A stretch of DNA of 63,125 bases, counting the filler, from Reclinomonas americana ATCC 50394 (Eukaryota), in the NCBI GenBank assembly GCA_048213135.1. It is 9 parts of 9 records of this genome, joined end to end, with 100 filler letters (N's around TTAATTAATTAA, not from the genome) between each part and the next. Parts side by side here need not be neighbours in the genome. Positions count along the whole stretch, not along the records: positions 53,530 to 60,645 come from AFZH01019811.1; positions 60,746 to 63,125 come from AFZH01019814.1; 7 more parts are not named here. One strand, given 5' to 3'. Each line of letters begins with the position of its first letter. The stretch's first letter is position 1. Shown here one piece after another: positions 59,330 through 63,125 of the stretch. A program made the position numbers and the translations under genes. Under the pieces are notes generated by a model. It had not been told where the DNA came from. It made no database searches and saw only the letters and a list, made by a program, of their open reading frames with translations.

Positions 59330-59940
59330 TCACTTTCCGGCAACCTCGTTGCGGCCGACCACACGGCGCACATACAGCACCTGGATGATGGTCATGGTCA
59401 CCATGACAGTGGCCTCGATGAGCGCCCACATCTTCACGCGCAGGCTCGTCGAATCGGAGGCTGCGAGATGAGAGGGGAAGAGAGTTCAGGTGTTGCGAAA
59501 AGAGTGGGGAATGGAGAGCCACGAAACTCTGCTTGTGGCGGCGCTCACGCAGGCGCAGGTAACGCGTCTGCTTCAGCAGATCCTGGATCTCGTTGCCGAG
59601 GTTGCGAATGCGCTGCTGGATCCACGCCACGTGCACTGCATAGACAACAATGAGCGTCGGGGTGCGGGTGTAACAACTCAGCCTCTCCACAGGCACCACG
59701 CAACTCGTCTCCGCAGCCTCCTCCTCCAGCTTTGGCGGCTCCACACGCAGGGCCAACTCAGGCTGCGTGTCGGAGAACTTGAAGTCGAAGGCAACGGTCT
59801 TGGAGCTGCACGCAGAAAAAGGCACAGGGAGTGAGCACGTTATGCACACGGAGAAGGAGGAGGAGGGAGAGAAACGATGCACTCTCCATCAACTTCAGAG
59901 AAGAAAGCAGATGCGGAGCTCAACACAGTCTCGCATCCGG
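59330..59940 (-). CDS. emp24/gp25L/p24 (TMED) family cargo receptor, 5' end unresolved
   Basis: SKTVAFDF, coiled coil QTRYLRLRERRHKQTSDSTSLRVKMWALIEA, TM segment ending IQVLYVRR. Confidence 0.85.
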
Positions 59941-59954
59941 TGTATCACACGCCA

Positions 59955-60545
59955 CTACTCTCATCGATCCCGCTCATGCATGCGTCTCACACGATCGATC
60001 ATGCATACTTTGACCCTCTTATCTCCCTTCTCATCGTTCTTCGCGCGCCCTTGACATGATCGATCATGTCTCCTCTCAGGATCGATCAGGCATGCTCGGA
60101 GCTCTCTGCTTTCCTCTCACACACAGTCACCTCTCTCTCCCGCGCGCGAAAGCGGAATGAGAGAGAATGAGATGTTTGGAGGTCTCCATGCATACGGGAT
60201 CGATTGCATAAGAAGCGCGCGAAGAAAGAGTGTGTGTGTGAGAGAGAGAGGCTCTGCCGTCTCTCTCGTTCACAAACATGCATGCTCTCCCTCCTCTCTC
60301 ACTTTCGTTCTTCGCGCGCTTCCGACATCCTCGATCATGCAAGAATGGAGACCTCTCTGCACCCACATCTCATTCTCTCTCCCTATACCTTCACGCGCTA
60401 CATGTTGGGAGAGGCACTGCTTATCTCTCGTTCACACACATGCACATTCTTCCCTGTCTCTTTCGCACTTTCGTTCTTCGCGCGCTCTTGACATGATCGA
60501 TCATGCATGCATGCAGAAACTCTCTCAATCCCCATCTATTCCCCC
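59955..60545. repeat. Compound repeat with direct and inverted copies and internal palindromes
   Basis: CGTTCTTCGCGCGC...GACAT..TCGATCATG at about 60036, 60306 and 60472; an inverted copy at about 60130-60230; perfect palindrome GACATGATCGATCATGTC at 60053-60070. Confidence 0.75.
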
Positions 60546-60645
60546 TCTCTCTCACACACACTCTCCTCTCCCTCTCCCTTCCCCTCTCTTCCCTCATCAC
60601 TCTCCACGTGTCATCATCATCATCATCATCATCGTTCTCACCTGA

Positions 60646-60745
60646 NNNNNNNNNNNNNNNNNNNNNNNNNNNNNNNNNNNNNNNNNNNNTTAATTAATTA
60701 ANNNNNNNNNNNNNNNNNNNNNNNNNNNNNNNNNNNNNNNNNNNN
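60646..60745. other. Artificial assembly spacer
   Basis: N44-TTAATTAATTAA-N44. Confidence 0.98.
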
Positions 60746-60859
60746 AAGACAAATAAAACGACAGGCTGTCGTTTGTGAAGCAGGAGATAGTGGGGAAGCA
60801 GACCAACTTGCTGAACAACAGCACGAGTGTGCCGTTGGCGGACGTCTCGTGCGCGCATT

Positions 60860-63025
60860 ACGAACCTGACACAGTGAGAGATCCAGGAACATCGACGACT
60901 GGGCCAGTGCCACCGTATCTGTGCATTGCGTGAGAGTTAGGCAATCTGCATCTCGAAACCGCAGGTTTCAACTCAGCGAGAGACGCAACTGAATGCACAT
61001 ACTGAACGGTCCACCAGGACCAATGACTGTCACCGGAACAGTAAGAGCTGTGTCCGCGGAAGAGGCCAGAGCGCCAATGGTAATCTGTGAAGCCAGAGTG
61101 AGCGCTTTCTCTTACTCTATGTACGTGCGTGTGCGGGTGGCGTACCGAAGCATCCGATGCTGACGTCGACGCGCAAACGCCAGCCGAGATAACGTACACC
61201 ACATCACTGGTTGACAGACCGTACCCAGAGACCACCACGTTCACTGGCGCCGCGGGAAGGAGAACAGTTGGAGAATACGAATCCGCCGACTGTCGTGGTA
61301 CCACAGGTTAGGATGCTACGTGAACACACACACACGCACACACACACACACACACACGAGAGCGCGCAAGCGCCAGAAAGCCGCACCTCCACCGTCAACA
61401 CAGCACTGGCGTTCACACGCGAATACGATGATGCAGTCGATGGCCTGCCAACGACGCACGAGGTGAGCACAAGAAGCGGCCTTCCTCATCCTCCTTTAAA
61501 CACACGCCACTGCACGCAACTGGATGCACACAATGTACCGGCCGCCGGTGGTGACCGACAGCGGGAACTCTACACGCGTTGGCACCGGCAAGGTGAGCGA
61601 GCCGACAGTGGCGGAACCGGCCGGCATATCTGCACATGTGCCGGGACTGCTGACAATCTTGACGAGATCGCCAGCTGTGACAACAGCGGAGGGTGAGTGA
61701 CTTTTTCGGGACAGAATATGTGCTGACAATCGAGGATAACGCACTAGTCAACCCGATGCCGACAATGGAGACAGTGGTGGGCGTGGCACCGACAGTTATT
61801 TGCGGCGGCGAAAAGCTTGTGGCTCCTGCACAATAATACGGATATCAGCAGGCGACTTCGCACACCAGCATCCAGTCAATGGAGTTCACGGTGACTCACC
61901 CTGCACGGTGATGGTGCCGCCAGCGACGGCCTGGTACGCAGAGCTTCCCCCATACGAGATGCACAACATCACAGTGGTGGGAGTCGTCGTCACCAGCTGC
62001 GCCGTTATCGAATTCGGCACCGACGCGGTACTGCTGACACTGGGTGTCACCGACGAGAGGGGGGGATCGATATTGCAGTTGCCGGTGGAGCCGACGACCT
62101 TAAATGTGTCCGTCGCTGTCGGCAGTCACATTTAGCCAACACTCATCATCGAGAAAGAAAATCAGAAGAATACAAAGCACTCACCACTCAGCCCGGCACC
62201 GTTCACCACCACCGTGCTCGTCGCCTGCGCCGGGATCACAGACGTTGCGATTCCGGTTGTTCCTGCGCATTCATCGGACGCTCATGAGCGCTGATGCAAC
62301 AAGACAAGCATCACCATCAGCGGGGTAAGCACAGACCTCGGACAGCCACAGTCCGTGCACTCGGCGTGTCCGCATAAAAGGCCGCCGAAGTGGCGAAGCT
62401 GGGTCACCACGTATCGACAATAAGACAACCACGACGTGCAGGTGACGACCAGCGCATTCACGACACATACCGAATGCACACGACATAGTTGCCGGGAGTT
62501 GCAGTCTGCGACGGCGTCACTGAAAACGTCAGCGTGGTGGCAGTCCCATTAATCGTCTTGGTGCTGCTGATGGGGAACTCGGGGAGTGCCGTGGACGTGC
62601 ACATATTGCCGACCGGATGCAACGTAATCACGTCGGTGGTCGAAAAGCCGAAACCCGACAGGACTACGTTGGTGGCCGCGCCAGTGGCCAGCACCGTCGG
62701 CGCAGTGGACGTGACACTCTGCACCGCGATTTCGCCAATGGCAAACGATGTGCTGGCAGGCTGCGACCCGAATCTGTGGCGCCACACACCGCACCTGTGA
62801 GAAATGTGGACGTTCCACGGAGAGCGCACAAATAATCACACAACTGGTAGCACACAGTGTATCGCCCGGCTGTGCCATTTGTGACCGTAAACTGCGCGCC
62901 CGTGCCGCCCACCAACGACACGGCGGAGACAGTGCCGAGTGCCGGGTCCGTGCTGCAGGAGCCGCCGAGTGCCACCAGCTTGACAACGTCCGTTGATTGT
63001 GCTCCGCTGACGGTGATCGCCACTG
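60860..63025 (-). CDS. Internal part of a large Ser/Thr/Val-rich, probably extracellular protein with ~100-aa Ig/IPT-like two-Cys repeats
   Basis: Recurring units V.VSG.G.ST.DVV.L...G..C......G.Y.VC (SGAQSTDVVKL, SGFGFSTTDVITL, GDLVKIVSSPGTC, SGYGLSTSDVVYVISAGVC). Confidence 0.7.
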
Positions 63026-63065
63026 CGTGAAAGAGGAAGGTGAGCAGTGGGAAAGAGGGGGAATG

Positions 63066-63125
63066 TGAAGAGAAAGAGAAGAGAAGAGAAGAGAGAGAGA
63101 GAAGAGAGAAGAAGAAGAAGAGAGA
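63066..63125. repeat. AG-rich simple repeat (intronic)
   Basis: AGAAG/AG tract at the window end. Confidence 0.85.

Overview
This is nuclear DNA from an intron-rich, GC-rich microbial eukaryote; I cannot identify the lineage from sequence alone. Eight artificial 100-nt spacers (N44-TTAATTAATTAA-N44) split it into nine pieces, so several genes are truncated. By splicing by hand I recognise about 19 tightly packed genes with mostly 55-90 nt introns: ARM+Neuralized-repeat protein, TmcB/C-type membrane PAS-class III cyclase, C2orf81-like, class 2C alpha-mannosidase, dynactin p150, fused YeeE/YedE transporter, V-ATPase H, CPSF160, CaMKK-type kinase, aromatic amino acid decarboxylase, a pseudophosphatase, DPP8/9, an HPDL-type dioxygenase, a BSD protein, a bacterial-type caspase fused to Trp-repeat units, p24, a repeat surface protein and several hypotheticals, plus one probable pseudogene. 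The most striking signal is in the splicing code. About 30 introns start GTTGCG instead of GTGCG, which is the donor consensus shifted by one nucleotide (variants GTTGTG, GTTACG, GTTATG, and one GCTGCG). These shifted donors almost always follow an exon that does not end in G, whereas the unshifted GTGCGT donors follow G. This suggests that shifted-register 5' splice-site recognition, a rare exception elsewhere, is a major routine mode here. All gene models, family calls and counts are manual readings, not database results.
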